64,000 nucleotides of DNA from Vicinamibacteria bacterium (GCA_963668695.2 CAXXLQ010000004.1:2656001-2720000), one strand, 5' to 3'; positions 9,974 through 19,966 are shown, counted from the first letter of the stretch. Numbers and translations: made by a program. Notes: generated by a model from the sequence alone, not told the origin.

Positions 9974-10888
9974 TTACCGCTCGCCTTCGTAGGTATCCGG
10001 CCCGGTGAACGTCACCCGGTGCATCAGCCGGGCCTCGGTTTCGTCGAACGGGGATCCGGCGTGCATCGCCGAGCGGTTGTCCCAGACGGCGATATCGCCG
10101 GGACGCCACTGCCAGTACACGGCAAACTGCGGGCTGGTTGCATGCGCCTGGAGTTCGGCCAGCAGCGACCGGGTTTCCGATTCCTCGAGCCCGCTGACGG
10201 ACTCGATGTGGCAGTCGGGGATCAGCAGCGCCGGACGCCCGGTTTCCGGATGGTGGACGACCAGCGGACGGACCACCGGGGGGTGTGTGCACCGCACTTC
10301 CATCGGCATCTTCCGCCGGTGCGGGTTGGTCCGTCGGAGCTGGTCGTCGAGAAACGGGTAGGAGTGGACGGCGAACCGCCCGTCGATCCGCTTGCGGAGT
10401 CGGGAGGGCAGGGAGTCGTAGGCGTGCGCCATTCCGGCGTACCAGGTCCCACCCCCGGTTTCGGGATGGGTCCGGCAGTGGAAGATCGAGCCCGCCGGCT
10501 GCGGACAGCGAAAGCTGTCATCGGTGTGCCAGAGCACTTCCCCGGGTTCGGCGCGGACGAAGAGCGCCCGGTACTTCCCGTCCCGGTACAGGTTCCCGAG
10601 CCGGAGGATCTCCGGATATCCGGGAAGCCGGAAGTCGGGGTCGTACTTTTCGTTCTTCTCCAGCGGCCCGAACGCCCGGCAGAAACGGAGGAAATCCTTC
10701 GGGCAGACCGCTTCTTCTCCGCGCAGGACGAGCAGCCCGCCGGAATCGAGCCATAGCTGACGCAGAGCGGCAAGCTGGCGGTCCGTTGCTTCCCCGAGGT
10801 GGAACCCTTCGACAACCCGGCCGAAACCGGACGGTGTGACCGCCTCGGTTTGGAGGAATCCGGTTTGCGCTGCCGCTGCGGGACTCAC
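9974..10888 (-). CDS. TauD/TfdA family Fe(II)/2-oxoglutarate dioxygenase
   Basis: WHTD (HxD), PLV..HPETGR, WDNRSAMH, RLMHRVT. Confidence 0.92.
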   Translation of the reverse strand: MSPAAAAQTGFLQTEAVTPSGFGRVVEGFHLGEATDRQLAALRQLWLDSGGLLVLRGEEAVCPKDFLRFCRAFGPLEKNEKYDPDFRLPGYPEILRLGNLYRDGKYRALFVRAEPGEVLWHTDDSFRCPQPAGSIFHCRTHPETGGGTWYAGMAHAYDSLPSRLRKRIDGRFAVHSYPFLDDQLRRTNPHRRKMPMEVRCTHPPVVRPLVVHHPETGRPALLIPDCHIESVSGLEESETRSLLAELQAHATSPQFAVYWQWRPGDIAVWDNRSAMHAGSPFDETEARLMHRVTFTGPDTYEGER

Positions 10889-10898
10889 GGACGAGTCG

Positions 10899-12341
10899 TC
10901 ACCCCCCGTGGGGGAGGCGGTCGGGCATGTCCGCGAGCACGAACCCGAGGACCGCCAGCATCCCGACCGCCCGGCGGAAGTTGTCGGGATCCACCTTGTC
11001 GAGGGTGTCCGACTCGGTGTGGTGCCAGTCGAAATAGTGGTCGCCCACCGTGCGGAAGCCGATCCCGGGGACCCCGTCGGCCATCAGGGCGCGGATGTCG
11101 GCGCCGCCGCCGCCCCGGCTCATGCCATCGGCGTCGATCGCCGAGAAGAGGCTCCCGATGGGGCGCAGGATGGCGAGGGCCTCGGCATACGCCGCATCGC
11201 CCTCCGGCCCGTCAGCCACCCAGGGAAGTCCGATGCCGAATCCCACCGGCCGCTCGTTGCCGCCGTCCATCTCGATGGCCGCCACCTGGTTCTGAATCCC
11301 ATCCCCGACGAACTCCCGGTAGGCGGTTCCACCGGCGCCACCGTTTTCCTCATTCGTCCAGAGGACGACCCGGAGCGTGCGGCGCGGCCGTAGTCCAAGC
11401 CGCCGGATGAGGGTGAGTCCGTGCCAGGCCGCGATGCAGGCGGCCCCATCGTCGTGCACCCCGTGTCCGACGTCCCACGAGTCGTAGTGGCCGCCCATGA
11501 CCACGACCTCGTCGGGCAATTCGCTACCGGTGATCTCGGCCATCACGTTGTGGGAAAGCGCGTCGGGAAGCGTCTCGGCCTCGAGTTCCAGCCGGATCTC
11601 GATGGACTGCCCGAGGTCGTCGAGGCGGCGGAGACGTTCCGCGTCCTCGACGGTCAGCGCCGCCGCTGGAATCCGGGGTGTCCCTTCCTCGTAGCCCATG
11701 TTGCCGGTGTGCGGCGTGTTGAGGCTTCTTCCCGTCGCCGAGCGGGTGAGGCTCGCCACCGCGCCCTGCTGGGCGGCGCGAATCGCTCCCAGGCGCCGGT
11801 AGGCGCCGGTTCCGCCGTACCCCATCCAGGGAACGGCCCAGACGACGATCCGGCCCTCCACTGCTTCCCGCGGCATGGCCGCCAGCTCGTCGAAGGAGCG
11901 GGCGACCACCACCGGGGCGGTGATGCCTTCGGGCGGCGTGCCCACGCTGCCTCCCAGCGCGAGGATCGGGAGGTCATCCTCCGACGGCGCGATCAGCGTC
12001 GCCCGCGCCCGGCCGCGCACCCAGTGGGGAACCATGACCTCCTGCAGGTGGACCCGGTCCAGCTCTTCCTCCCGCATGCTGTCCGCCGCCCACTGGATGG
12101 CGCGTTCGAGCCCGGCGGACCCGCTCAGCCGGTGGCCGATACCGAGGGCCAGGTGCTCCAGCTTCGCCCAGCCGTCCACGTCGGTGAGCGCTGCCCCGAG
12201 AATCTGCCCGGCGGTCTCGCGGTAGCGGTCCGCGAGTTCATGCCGGTCGCCGGGATGCGTCGGCCGCTCCGGCGGCTGGGCGTGGGCGGCGCACGCGATG
12301 AGGAGCGCCGCGGTCAGCAGGAAGAAAATGGCTCGCCGCAT
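10899..12341 (-). CDS. M28 family metallopeptidase (carboxypeptidase Q-like)
   Basis: GHRLSGS, PA-like insert, GGHYDSWD, HDDG, NEENG, EMD, HHTESDT; signal peptide. Confidence 0.9.
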   Translation of the reverse strand: MRRAIFFLLTAALLIACAAHAQPPERPTHPGDRHELADRYRETAGQILGAALTDVDGWAKLEHLALGIGHRLSGSAGLERAIQWAADSMREEELDRVHLQEVMVPHWVRGRARATLIAPSEDDLPILALGGSVGTPPEGITAPVVVARSFDELAAMPREAVEGRIVVWAVPWMGYGGTGAYRRLGAIRAAQQGAVASLTRSATGRSLNTPHTGNMGYEEGTPRIPAAALTVEDAERLRRLDDLGQSIEIRLELEAETLPDALSHNVMAEITGSELPDEVVVMGGHYDSWDVGHGVHDDGAACIAAWHGLTLIRRLGLRPRRTLRVVLWTNEENGGAGGTAYREFVGDGIQNQVAAIEMDGGNERPVGFGIGLPWVADGPEGDAAYAEALAILRPIGSLFSAIDADGMSRGGGGADIRALMADGVPGIGFRTVGDHYFDWHHTESDTLDKVDPDNFRRAVGMLAVLGFVLADMPDRLPHGG

Positions 12342-12365
12342 GGGCGGCGAATCATAGGAGAGCCG

Positions 12366-13130
12366 CTATCTCCAGGTCACTTCCATCGCGAAGAAATGGT
12401 CGAACACTTCCCGGCCGGGGTGGTTCGCCTCGTTCCGCCCCGGGCTCCGAATGTAGAAGTCCAGTTGTTGGGCTGCCGGATTCACCGCGCCGGCCGGAGA
12501 ATCGCCCGTCTTCGGAAGAACCGCCAGGGTCTCCCGGTCGCGCATGCCCTGCGTCACCATGAAGTGGATCTGGTAGTCCTCGTAGAGGGTCTCTCCGTTC
12601 AGGGTTGCCGACCCGGTGCCCCACCCGGCGATGTAGAGAAGGCTCTTGGGCCAGTTTGCGTCACCGCAACCGGCGTCGCCGTGCTCATAGAGGAAAGCGG
12701 CGATCCCGCCGTCCTGGCACGGATCGAACTCCACGATTTCTTCGAGGGTGACCACATAGGTCCCTTCCGGCAGCTCGAGTTCGGCCCGGAAGGTTCCGGT
12801 GTTTTCGATCTCGTTGACGGCGACCTCGATGGTCCCGCCCACCTCGCGGAGATTCGAAGCGTCGTCGCCCATGTGGTCCCAGGGGCTCTCGTCGTCCAGC
12901 GTGCCCGCCTGGACGATGCGGCTGCCCGACAGCACGAAGCGCCCGTCGTAGAGGTCGTGCTGCTCCGGAGCGTAGATCCGCATCGCGGCTCCCGGCTGCG
13001 ATCTCGCGCCGGGCGTTTCGACCGGCGCATCCGGAACGGGGTCGGGCTCCGGAGCCGCGCAGCCCCAGCCGACCGCAAGCGCGAGTCCGGCAAGGACGAA
13101 GGGACGCAGGTGGCTGTCGGAGCTTCTCAA
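12366..13130 (-). CDS. Hypothetical lipoprotein
   Basis: C-terminal part of ORF 12366..14594 is protein-like; lipobox-like LAVGWGC; probable TTG start near 13130. Confidence 0.65.
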   Translation of the reverse strand: MRSSDSHLRPFVLAGLALAVGWGCAAPEPDPVPDAPVETPGARSQPGAAMRIYAPEQHDLYDGRFVLSGSRIVQAGTLDDESPWDHMGDDASNLREVGGTIEVAVNEIENTGTFRAELELPEGTYVVTLEEIVEFDPCQDGGIAAFLYEHGDAGCGDANWPKSLLYIAGWGTGSATLNGETLYEDYQIHFMVTQGMRDRETLAVLPKTGDSPAGAVNPAAQQLDFYIRSPGRNEANHPGREVFDHFFAMEVTWR

Positions 13131-13141
13131 GCGAGTACGCC

Positions 13142-14776
13142 CTACGCGCTCAGGAACGGGTAGCGGTAGTCCTTCGCCGGAGCGAAATTCTCCTTGACCG
13201 TGCGGATGTTGGTCCAGCGCAGAAGGTGGGAACCGAGGCCCGTCTTGTCGTTCGTCCCCGAGGCCCGGCCTCCGCCAAAAGGCTGCTGGCCGATCACGGC
13301 GCCGGTGGGTTTGTCGTTGATGTAGAAGTTGCCGGCGGCGTGACGGAGCGCCCGGTACGCCTGTTCCGTGGCCAACCGGTCGTTCGCGAAGATCGCGCCG
13401 GTCAGACCGTACGGGGACGTGTTCGTGCAAAGGTCGAGGGTCTCGGCGTACTGGGCGTCCGGATAGAAGTAGACAGTCAGTACCGGCCCGAAGATTTCCT
13501 CGGTCATCAGCCGATTCCGCGGGTTGTCGGTAACCACCAGCGTCGGTTCCACGAACCAGCCAACGGACCGGTCGGCGTTCCCGCCCATCATCACGGTGCA
13601 CGACGGATCCTCCCGGGCGATGTCGAGGTAGCCCGAATTCTTGTTGAAGGAGCGTTCGTCGATAACCGCGCCCATGAAGTTGCCGAAGTCCGTCGGGTCG
13701 CCCATGGTCACGGTGTCCGCCTCGGCGAGGAACCGCTCCAGGAACTCGTCCTTGATGCTGGCCGGCAGGTAGGCGCGGGACGCAGCGGAACACTTTTGTC
13801 CCTGGAACTCGTAAGCGCCTCGAATCAAGTTGGCGACCAGCGCCTCCGCATCGGCGGACTCGTGGGCCACCACGAAGTTCTTGCCGCCGGTCTCGCCGAC
13901 GATCCGGGGGTAGGAACGGTAGTTCGCGATGTTTTCCCCGACCGTCTTCCAGATGTGCTGGAAGGTGGCCGTGGAGCCCGTGAAATGGACTCCGGCGAGG
14001 GTTTCCTGAGCCAGAGCCCGGGCGCCGATGGTGGGCCCGTGACCGGGGAGCATGTTCACGATGCCGTCGGGCAAGCCGGCTTCCCGGTAGAGCTCCATCA
14101 GGTAGTAAGCGGAGAGCATCTGCGTCTCCGCGGGCTTCCAGACGACGGTGTTCCCCATGATCGCCGGAGCCATCGCCAGGTTCCCGCCGAGGGCGGTGAA
14201 GTTGAACGGGCTCACCGCGAAGATGAATCCCTCGAGGGCGCGATACTCGAGGTAGTTCCAGACGCCGGGGTCGGCCGCGGCCACCGGCTGCTGCCGGACG
14301 AGCTGGTCGAGGAAGTAGGCGTTGAACCGCAGCATGTCCGCGAACTCGCAGGCCGCTTCGATCTCCGCCTGATGGCAGGTCTTCGACTGGCCCAGCATGG
14401 TGGCGGCGTTCATCCGGTAGCGGTGGGGGCCGACCAGCAGGTCGGCCATTCGCAGGTAGAGACTGGCGCGCGCCCGGTAGTCGAGTTCGGACCAGGTGTG
14501 CCACGCGTCGGCGGCAGCGGCGACCGCCTGCTCGACGATCTCCGGGGTGGCCTCGTGATAGCGGGCCAGCACGTGGGAGTGGTCGTGCGGACAACGGACT
14601 TCCGCGATCTTCCCCGTCCGGATTTCCTTGCCGCCGACGATGATCGGGATTTCGACGATCTGGTTGGACTGGCGGGTGATTTCGGCCTGGAGCGCGGCGC
14701 GCTCCGGGCTTCCTGGCTCATAGCCGCGTACCGACTCGTTGGCCGGTCGGGGGACGGCTTGAATTCCTTGGCTCAT
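13142..14776 (-). CDS. pruA: L-glutamate gamma-semialdehyde (P5C) dehydrogenase
   Basis: SPFNFT, FTGST, GETGGKN, EFQGQKCSA, EEIFGP, YINDKPTGA..QQPFGG. Confidence 0.93.
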   Translation of the reverse strand: MSQGIQAVPRPANESVRGYEPGSPERAALQAEITRQSNQIVEIPIIVGGKEIRTGKIAEVRCPHDHSHVLARYHEATPEIVEQAVAAAADAWHTWSELDYRARASLYLRMADLLVGPHRYRMNAATMLGQSKTCHQAEIEAACEFADMLRFNAYFLDQLVRQQPVAAADPGVWNYLEYRALEGFIFAVSPFNFTALGGNLAMAPAIMGNTVVWKPAETQMLSAYYLMELYREAGLPDGIVNMLPGHGPTIGARALAQETLAGVHFTGSTATFQHIWKTVGENIANYRSYPRIVGETGGKNFVVAHESADAEALVANLIRGAYEFQGQKCSAASRAYLPASIKDEFLERFLAEADTVTMGDPTDFGNFMGAVIDERSFNKNSGYLDIAREDPSCTVMMGGNADRSVGWFVEPTLVVTDNPRNRLMTEEIFGPVLTVYFYPDAQYAETLDLCTNTSPYGLTGAIFANDRLATEQAYRALRHAAGNFYINDKPTGAVIGQQPFGGGRASGTNDKTGLGSHLLRWTNIRTVKENFAPAKDYRYPFLSA

Positions 14777-14794
14777 TAAACTCTGGCTCCTTAC

Positions 14795-15892
14795 GTGACT
14801 ACGCCTGTTTCAAGGGCTTCCGAAGGCGGGAATGCTACCCGAGCGGGCCCGCCCGGGGACGCCCCACGGCCGGACGGCGGATTGCTCCACCAGTTGCCGG
14901 ACCGGGTGCGGGAAGCCGCCTCCAGGATCCGGCCCTTTCTCATCGAGACTCCGTTCGAGATCGCGAACGGCCTCGGCCGCCGCAGTGCCGACTCATCGGG
15001 GGGAGGGACGGTCCGTTGGAAGCTCGAATGCTTCGGCGCTACCGGCTCGTTCAAGATCCGAGGCGCGCTGAACAAGTTGTTGGTCCTGCGGGACACCGGA
15101 GGCCCGCGGGTGCTGCGCGCGGGAGTCGTCACGGCGTCCACGGGGAATCACGGGCGGGCGACGGCTCACGCGCTCTCGCTGCTCGGCGGGCGGGGTGTCG
15201 TGTACCTCCCCCGCACGGTGGCCGACTCGAAGAGGCGGGTCCTCGCCGAGCAATACGGCGAAGTGGTCGAACTGCGCCTCGTGGGCGACGACGCGGTGGA
15301 GTCCGAGGTTGCCGCCCGGGAAGAGGCGGCGCGCAGCGGGCTGCCGTTCATTTCCCCCTACAACGATGCGGACATCATCGCGGGGCAGGGGACGGTCGGT
15401 CTCGAAATGGATACCGCACTCGGTGACGAGCCACTCGACGCGGTTCTGGTGCCCGTCGGTGGGGGCGGCTTGATTGCGGGAATCGCGGGCTGGCTGAAAC
15501 ACGCCCGCCCCAGGATTCGCGTGGTCGGATGCCAGCCGCGGGCATCTGCGGTGATGGCGGCGTCGGTGCGCGCCGGCCGGATGCTCGAATCGGGACGCGA
15601 TGTCCCGTTTGAGCCGACGCTCGCCGATGCCGTCGCGGGCGGGGTGGAGGAGGGCGCCGTCACCCTTGAGCTATGCACCGAACTTGTGGACGAATGGGTT
15701 CTGCTCGGTGAGGACGAAATCGCCGCCGCAATGCGGCTCGTGCTGCGGGAGCGTTTCGCGATGGTCGAGGGTTCGGCGGCCCTGCCGGTGGCGGCGCTCG
15801 CGCACCTCGATCCGCGCCTCGCCTCCGTCGCGCTGGTGCTCAGCGGGGCCGGAATCAGCGGAGAGGGCCTCCGGGCGCTGTTAGGGGAGTAG
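14795..15892 (+). CDS. PLP-dependent threonine/serine dehydratase family
   Basis: GSFKIRGA, STGNHG, GQGT, PVGGGGL; start uncertain. Confidence 0.88.
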   Translation: MTTPVSRASEGGNATRAGPPGDAPRPDGGLLHQLPDRVREAASRIRPFLIETPFEIANGLGRRSADSSGGGTVRWKLECFGATGSFKIRGALNKLLVLRDTGGPRVLRAGVVTASTGNHGRATAHALSLLGGRGVVYLPRTVADSKRRVLAEQYGEVVELRLVGDDAVESEVAAREEAARSGLPFISPYNDADIIAGQGTVGLEMDTALGDEPLDAVLVPVGGGGLIAGIAGWLKHARPRIRVVGCQPRASAVMAASVRAGRMLESGRDVPFEPTLADAVAGGVEEGAVTLELCTELVDEWVLLGEDEIAAAMRLVLRERFAMVEGSAALPVAALAHLDPRLASVALVLSGAGISGEGLRALLGE

Positions 15893-15938
15893 GGCGAAAC
15901 CGCGTATCGCCGGCAGAGAGGAAGCGCGGGGACGGCTT

Positions 15939-16089
15939 GGAACGCCGACTTCAGACCGGCACTGCGGCCCGGAGGGCCGCGAGACACCCTGTGCTCCTTG
16001 TCCGGATGGCGCCGCCGGGCAGGGAACGCTGGCCAGTTCTTTCGGTGGGCGCCTTCAGCCCGGCATAGCCCGCCGAAGGCGGGCGAAAC
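15939..16089 (+). repeat. Two REP-like units; the second contains a micro-module variant (16031-16053)
   Basis: GGAACGCCGACTTCAGACCGGCA + hairpin; GGGAACGCT-GGCCAGTTCTTTCGGTGGGCGCC-TTCAGCCCGGCA + hairpin + GAAAC. Confidence 0.75.
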
Positions 16090-16159
16090 GCAGCACGGGA
16101 ACCGCTCCTGCGGTGCCAACTCCGATGCCTCGAAAGGCGATCAGCATGAGAAAAACGGG

Positions 16160-17332
16160 TCAGGCGTTCGCAGCAGCGAGTTCCGACGCGAGTTCCCGGA
16201 GCCCGATCACTTCCACGTTGTCGCCGATGGGATAGCGGTTGTCTCCGGTGCCGAGGAGGAAACAGCGGTTCGGCTTGAGCGTCTCGCGAGCAAAATGAAA
16301 CCCTCGCGTCGGGGATGGCGACGACGCCCACTTGACCTCGACGGCCCAACGGGCCCCGCCGGGGAGATCCAGGACCAGATCCATCTCCGCGCCTCCCGCG
16401 GTCCGGAAGAAGCTCGCGTGGGTGAGGTCGGGAGCCGCCGCCAGGAGGTTCTCGATCGCGAATCCCTCGAAGGAAGCGCCTACCACTGGATGGCCGGCCA
16501 CCGCGTCGAGCGACGGAAGGTTGAGTAGCGCGTGTACGAGTCCGGAGTCCCGCAAATAGATCTTGGGGGCTTTCACCAGTCGTTTCCCGATGTTCGCCGC
16601 CAGCGGCGGCAGGCGCCGAATGAGCAACAGGTCGGTGAGCGTGTCGAGGTACCGGGCGACGGTGTTGGCGCTGACCCCAAGCGACCCAGCGAGGCGGGAG
16701 GCGTTGAGCAGCGCTCCCTGCGAGTGCGCGAGCATCGTCCAAAGACGCCCGAGCGTCTCGGCGGGGAGGCGTGGGCTCAGCCACGCGACTTCCCGTTGCA
16801 GGTAAGTCCTCACCAGGTCGCGGCGGCGCCGGAAGCTCTGCCGGTCGCTTGCGGCAAGAAACGCCCGCGGATAGCCGCCGCGCAGGAAGAGCGTCGCCAG
16901 CAGATCGGAGTCGGGCGGGACTTCCGAAACGTCGAAAGGGAGCAGGTCAAAATAGGCGATCCTGCCGGCAAGCGTCTCTCCAGTCGTTCGCAGGACATCG
17001 AACGACGCCGAGCCGAGGATCAGGAAGCGCGACGTTCCCTTGCCCGAGAGCCTGCCCCGGTCGATCACCCCCCGCAGGGTGTGGAGCAGTTCCGGCGCGC
17101 GACGAATTTCGTCGAGAATGACGAGGCGGTCTTCAAGACGGTCGAGAACGGCCCTCGGTTCTCGGAGTCGCAGCCGTTCTTCCGGGTCTTCAAGGTCGAA
17201 GTACGTCGCGTTCTGTCCCCGGCCGATTTCGCGCGCCAGCGTCGTCTTGCCGACTTGCCGCGGCCCGACGAGAACGACGGCCGCCTCTTCGGCGAGCGCC
17301 TCGCGAACGAGCGGCTCCAGTCGTCGTTTCAT
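16160..17332 (-). CDS. AAA_14 ATPase with DUF4143 domain
   Basis: GPRQVGKTT, ILDEI, LGSAS, RGGYP, KAPKIYLRDSG, EMDLVL..AVEVK. Confidence 0.9.
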   Translation of the reverse strand: MKRRLEPLVREALAEEAAVVLVGPRQVGKTTLAREIGRGQNATYFDLEDPEERLRLREPRAVLDRLEDRLVILDEIRRAPELLHTLRGVIDRGRLSGKGTSRFLILGSASFDVLRTTGETLAGRIAYFDLLPFDVSEVPPDSDLLATLFLRGGYPRAFLAASDRQSFRRRRDLVRTYLQREVAWLSPRLPAETLGRLWTMLAHSQGALLNASRLAGSLGVSANTVARYLDTLTDLLLIRRLPPLAANIGKRLVKAPKIYLRDSGLVHALLNLPSLDAVAGHPVVGASFEGFAIENLLAAAPDLTHASFFRTAGGAEMDLVLDLPGGARWAVEVKWASSPSPTRGFHFARETLKPNRCFLLGTGDNRYPIGDNVEVIGLRELASELAAANA

Positions 17333-17336
17333 GTGC

Positions 17337-17365
17337 GTATATTCTCCATCAGATGGAGAATATAC
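17337..17365. promoter_or_regulatory. Perfect 14-bp palindrome directly upstream of the AAA-DUF4143 gene (candidate operator)
   Basis: GTATATTCTCCATC-A-GATGGAGAATATAC, AT-rich, about 5 bp from the start codon. Confidence 0.6.
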
Positions 17366-17449
17366 AAGGATGACTCGCAACGGCGCCGCCACGCCGATGC
17401 CCCGCGAGCCGCGGTGCGGCGGACGGCGAACCGCGGAGGCCAGCCCTGG

Positions 17450-17971
17450 TCAGTTGTCGGCCGGTGCGGAGGCGGCTTTCGCAGGCGGAGGCGCCGCGTG
17501 CGGGGTGTTGGTGGTGATCAGCAGGGTGGAAAGGAGCACTCCGGCGATCCCGAGCCAGAGAATCGGACCGCCCCGTAGCCGCCCGCCGGAGAGCAGCAGG
17601 GTCGAGACCGCGGTGATGGTCACCGCGCCGCCGAAGACCACCGGCATCACCGCATGGGGGATGCGGGCGCCGCCGGTGAACATGGCCATGGTGAGGCCGA
17701 AGGCTCCGAGCGCTCCCAAGAGGCCCGCGGCGAAACCCCAGGCCAGGCTGCTGCCGGCGAGCGGTAAGAACGTGAAGGTGTCTCCCCGCTGCCACATCCC
17801 GAGCGCGCCCCCCAGGATCGCGACCACCAGGTAGGCGATCCCGATGCCGAGGTACGGCTTGAACGGGCTCGCGGTCGCGTCGGCGAGCCGCGCCTGTCCC
17901 AGGGTCGGTCCGTAAAGCCCCCAGGCGAGGGCCGTGATCAGGGCGAAGAGAAAGGGCAGGGCGGTACGCAT
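17450..17971 (-). CDS. Small 5-TM membrane protein (EamA/DMT-like)
   Basis: Five hydrophobic helices; WG.YGP and VMP.VFGGA motifs. Confidence 0.7.
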   Translation of the reverse strand: MRTALPFLFALITALAWGLYGPTLGQARLADATASPFKPYLGIGIAYLVVAILGGALGMWQRGDTFTFLPLAGSSLAWGFAAGLLGALGAFGLTMAMFTGGARIPHAVMPVVFGGAVTITAVSTLLLSGGRLRGGPILWLGIAGVLLSTLLITTNTPHAAPPPAKAASAPADN

Positions 17972-19223
17972 GGAGGCCTCCGGGCCGCCCGATCATACGG
18001 AGGCGGCCCGCTATGGCCGAACCCCGTGGCACACTCCGCCCGCCCGAACATGTGTTACCTCTTCGCGCCCCAATGACCACGGAATCTCTTCGGCGGCTGG
18101 CGCTGAGGGCGGTGTTCCGGGGCCACGCGGTTTCCTGCCGCCCTATGAGCCGCTCCGGCGGTTGCCGCCCGGCTTCGAGGCGTGGGAAGAGATTGCCGCC
18201 GACCTTTCCGTTCGCTACCTGGTGGGCCGGATCCGCGCGGATCTCGCCGGGCTCCCGGAGCTTGACCCGGCTCCCCTCCTGGACGGTCCGGAAGTGGAGC
18301 GCGCCATGCTGCTCCTCGGCTTCTTCGCGGGCGCGTACGTTCACGCCAGCGATCCCCCGGTGGCCAGCCTCCCGCCGCCGCTCGCGCGTCCGTTGCTCGC
18401 TCTGTCCCGGAGGCTTGGACGCCCGCCGATTCTGGCGTATGCCAGCCTCAATATGCACAACTGGCGGCGGCTCGACCCGGCGGGCCCGATCGCCCTTCAA
18501 AACCTGGTGAACCTGCTCGGCGTTCACGGCAGCACCGACGAAACCTGGTTCCTCACCGGGGCGGTGGCGATCGAAGCGTGCGGGGGGGAAGAGCCGGCCC
18601 GGATCGTTCGGGCGACGATCGCGGCGGAAGAGGGAGACGCCGATACGGTTGCCTCCGAACTCGAGCGGCTGACCCGGACGATCGGCAAGATCACCGAACT
18701 GACCGAGCGGACCCGCGAGGCGTGCGACCCGTACATCTTCTATCGGCGGGTGCGCCCCCCGTTCTCGGGCTGGTCCGAGCCCGGGGTGATCTACGAGGGG
18801 ACCGATCTGGCGGAGCCACTCGTCCTCGCCGGGGCGAGCGCCGCCCAGAGCCCCCTCATCCAATGTTTCGATGCCGCGCTTTCCATCGAACACCCGGAAG
18901 AGGCGAGGTTCCCGTACCTCGAGATGCGCCGATACATGAACCCGGCGCACCGGCGCTTCGTGGCCGCCGTGGAGAAGAGCGGCGCCATGCGCCGGCTGGC
19001 CGCCGCGGGGATCAGCCCGGCGGTCACCGATGCCTACGACGCGGCGCTGGCCGCGTTCATCCAGTTTCGACGGGTCCACATGGCGATCGTTACCGACTAC
19101 ATCGCGCGCCAGGCCGATCCGGGAACGCCGGCACGCGGGACCGGAGGGACGGATTTCGCGCGTTTCCTCGGAGGGACGCTCGCGGGAGTCAGGCAGGCTC
19201 GGTTGAAAGGTCGGGTGGGCTGA
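17934..19223 (+). CDS. Indoleamine 2,3-dioxygenase (IDO/PrnB-like) heme protein
   Basis: LGRPP.L.Y...HNW, DE.WF, FYRRVRP.FSGW, GASAAQS, MRRYM..AHRRF, FRRVH, GTGGT; real start probably further downstream. Confidence 0.8.
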   Translation: MIRAKRKGRAVRMEASGPPDHTEAARYGRTPWHTPPARTCVTSSRPNDHGISSAAGAEGGVPGPRGFLPPYEPLRRLPPGFEAWEEIAADLSVRYLVGRIRADLAGLPELDPAPLLDGPEVERAMLLLGFFAGAYVHASDPPVASLPPPLARPLLALSRRLGRPPILAYASLNMHNWRRLDPAGPIALQNLVNLLGVHGSTDETWFLTGAVAIEACGGEEPARIVRATIAAEEGDADTVASELERLTRTIGKITELTERTREACDPYIFYRRVRPPFSGWSEPGVIYEGTDLAEPLVLAGASAAQSPLIQCFDAALSIEHPEEARFPYLEMRRYMNPAHRRFVAAVEKSGAMRRLAAAGISPAVTDAYDAALAAFIQFRRVHMAIVTDYIARQADPGTPARGTGGTDFARFLGGTLAGVRQARLKGRVG

Positions 19224-19236
19224 GCGGCAGCCTTAC

Positions 19237-19279
19237 GATATCCTCCTATTCAGGGATATCCGGAAAGCGCCGATATCCG
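19237..19279. promoter_or_regulatory. Three GATATCC boxes, candidate operator of the AbrB-VapC pair
   Basis: GATATCC at about 19237, 19255 and 19272 just upstream of the antitoxin ATG. Confidence 0.5.
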
Positions 19280-19289
19280 GGAGAGCGCC

Positions 19290-19520
19290 ATGGTGGTTTC
19301 GAGATGGGGTAACAGTCTCGGCGTGCGGTTGCCGCGAACGCTGGTCAAGAGTCTCGGGCTGAAGCCCGGCGATGAGTTGGAGGTGGTCTCGGCCTCTCGA
19401 GCGCGCATCATCCTGGCCGTTGACGACCGCCGCGCAAAGGCGGTGGAGCGCATGCGCGCCCGCGCGCTGCGCCGTCCCGAGGGTACCGCCTTCGACCGTG
19501 AGGACGCCAACGCCCGATGA
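19290..19520 (+). CDS. AbrB/MazE-family antitoxin
   Basis: RWGNSLGVRLP..LGLKPGD; overlaps the toxin gene (ATGA). Confidence 0.9.
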   Translation: MVVSRWGNSLGVRLPRTLVKSLGLKPGDELEVVSASRARIILAVDDRRAKAVERMRARALRRPEGTAFDREDANAR

Positions 19521-19909
19521 CCGCCTTCATCGACACCAACGTGCTGATCTACGGTCAGGAAGCCGGTGCAAAGAGCGAGACGGCGCGACGGGTGATCCTG
19601 GCGGGCGGCGTCATCAGCGTTCAGGTGCTCAACGAATTCGCCGCCGTGCTTCGGCGCAAGTTCGGTTTGGAATGGGCGGTGATCGCCGATTCTCTCGCCG
19701 ACGTCCGCACTGCACTGGATCCCGTTCGGCCCATCGGTGTCGAAATCCACACGAGCGCCGTCGCGCTCGCACGGTCCCACGGCTTCAGTTTCTATGACGC
19801 GCTGATCGTGGCATCGGCGCTCGACGCGGGCTGCGAAACGCTGCTGACGGAGGATCTTCAGGCCGGCCGGCGGGTAAACGGCCTGACCATCGTCAACCCG
19901 TTCGCCTGA
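19517..19909 (+). CDS. PIN-domain (VapC) toxin
   Basis: FIDTNVLIY, QVLNEF, FYDALI, TEDLQ, NPF. Confidence 0.92.
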   Translation: MTAFIDTNVLIYGQEAGAKSETARRVILAGGVISVQVLNEFAAVLRRKFGLEWAVIADSLADVRTALDPVRPIGVEIHTSAVALARSHGFSFYDALIVASALDAGCETLLTEDLQAGRRVNGLTIVNPFA

Positions 19910-19966
19910 GCGAAGGCGCCGGCTGCCGGTTCGCCCGGGTCTTTGCGAGTGGTTCCGGGGGCTCGT

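Noticed and set aside
13131-14594. 5' extension of ORF 12366..14594
   Set aside because: Overlaps pruA in another frame and is Arg/Pro-rich; only the last ~255 codons look like a real protein.
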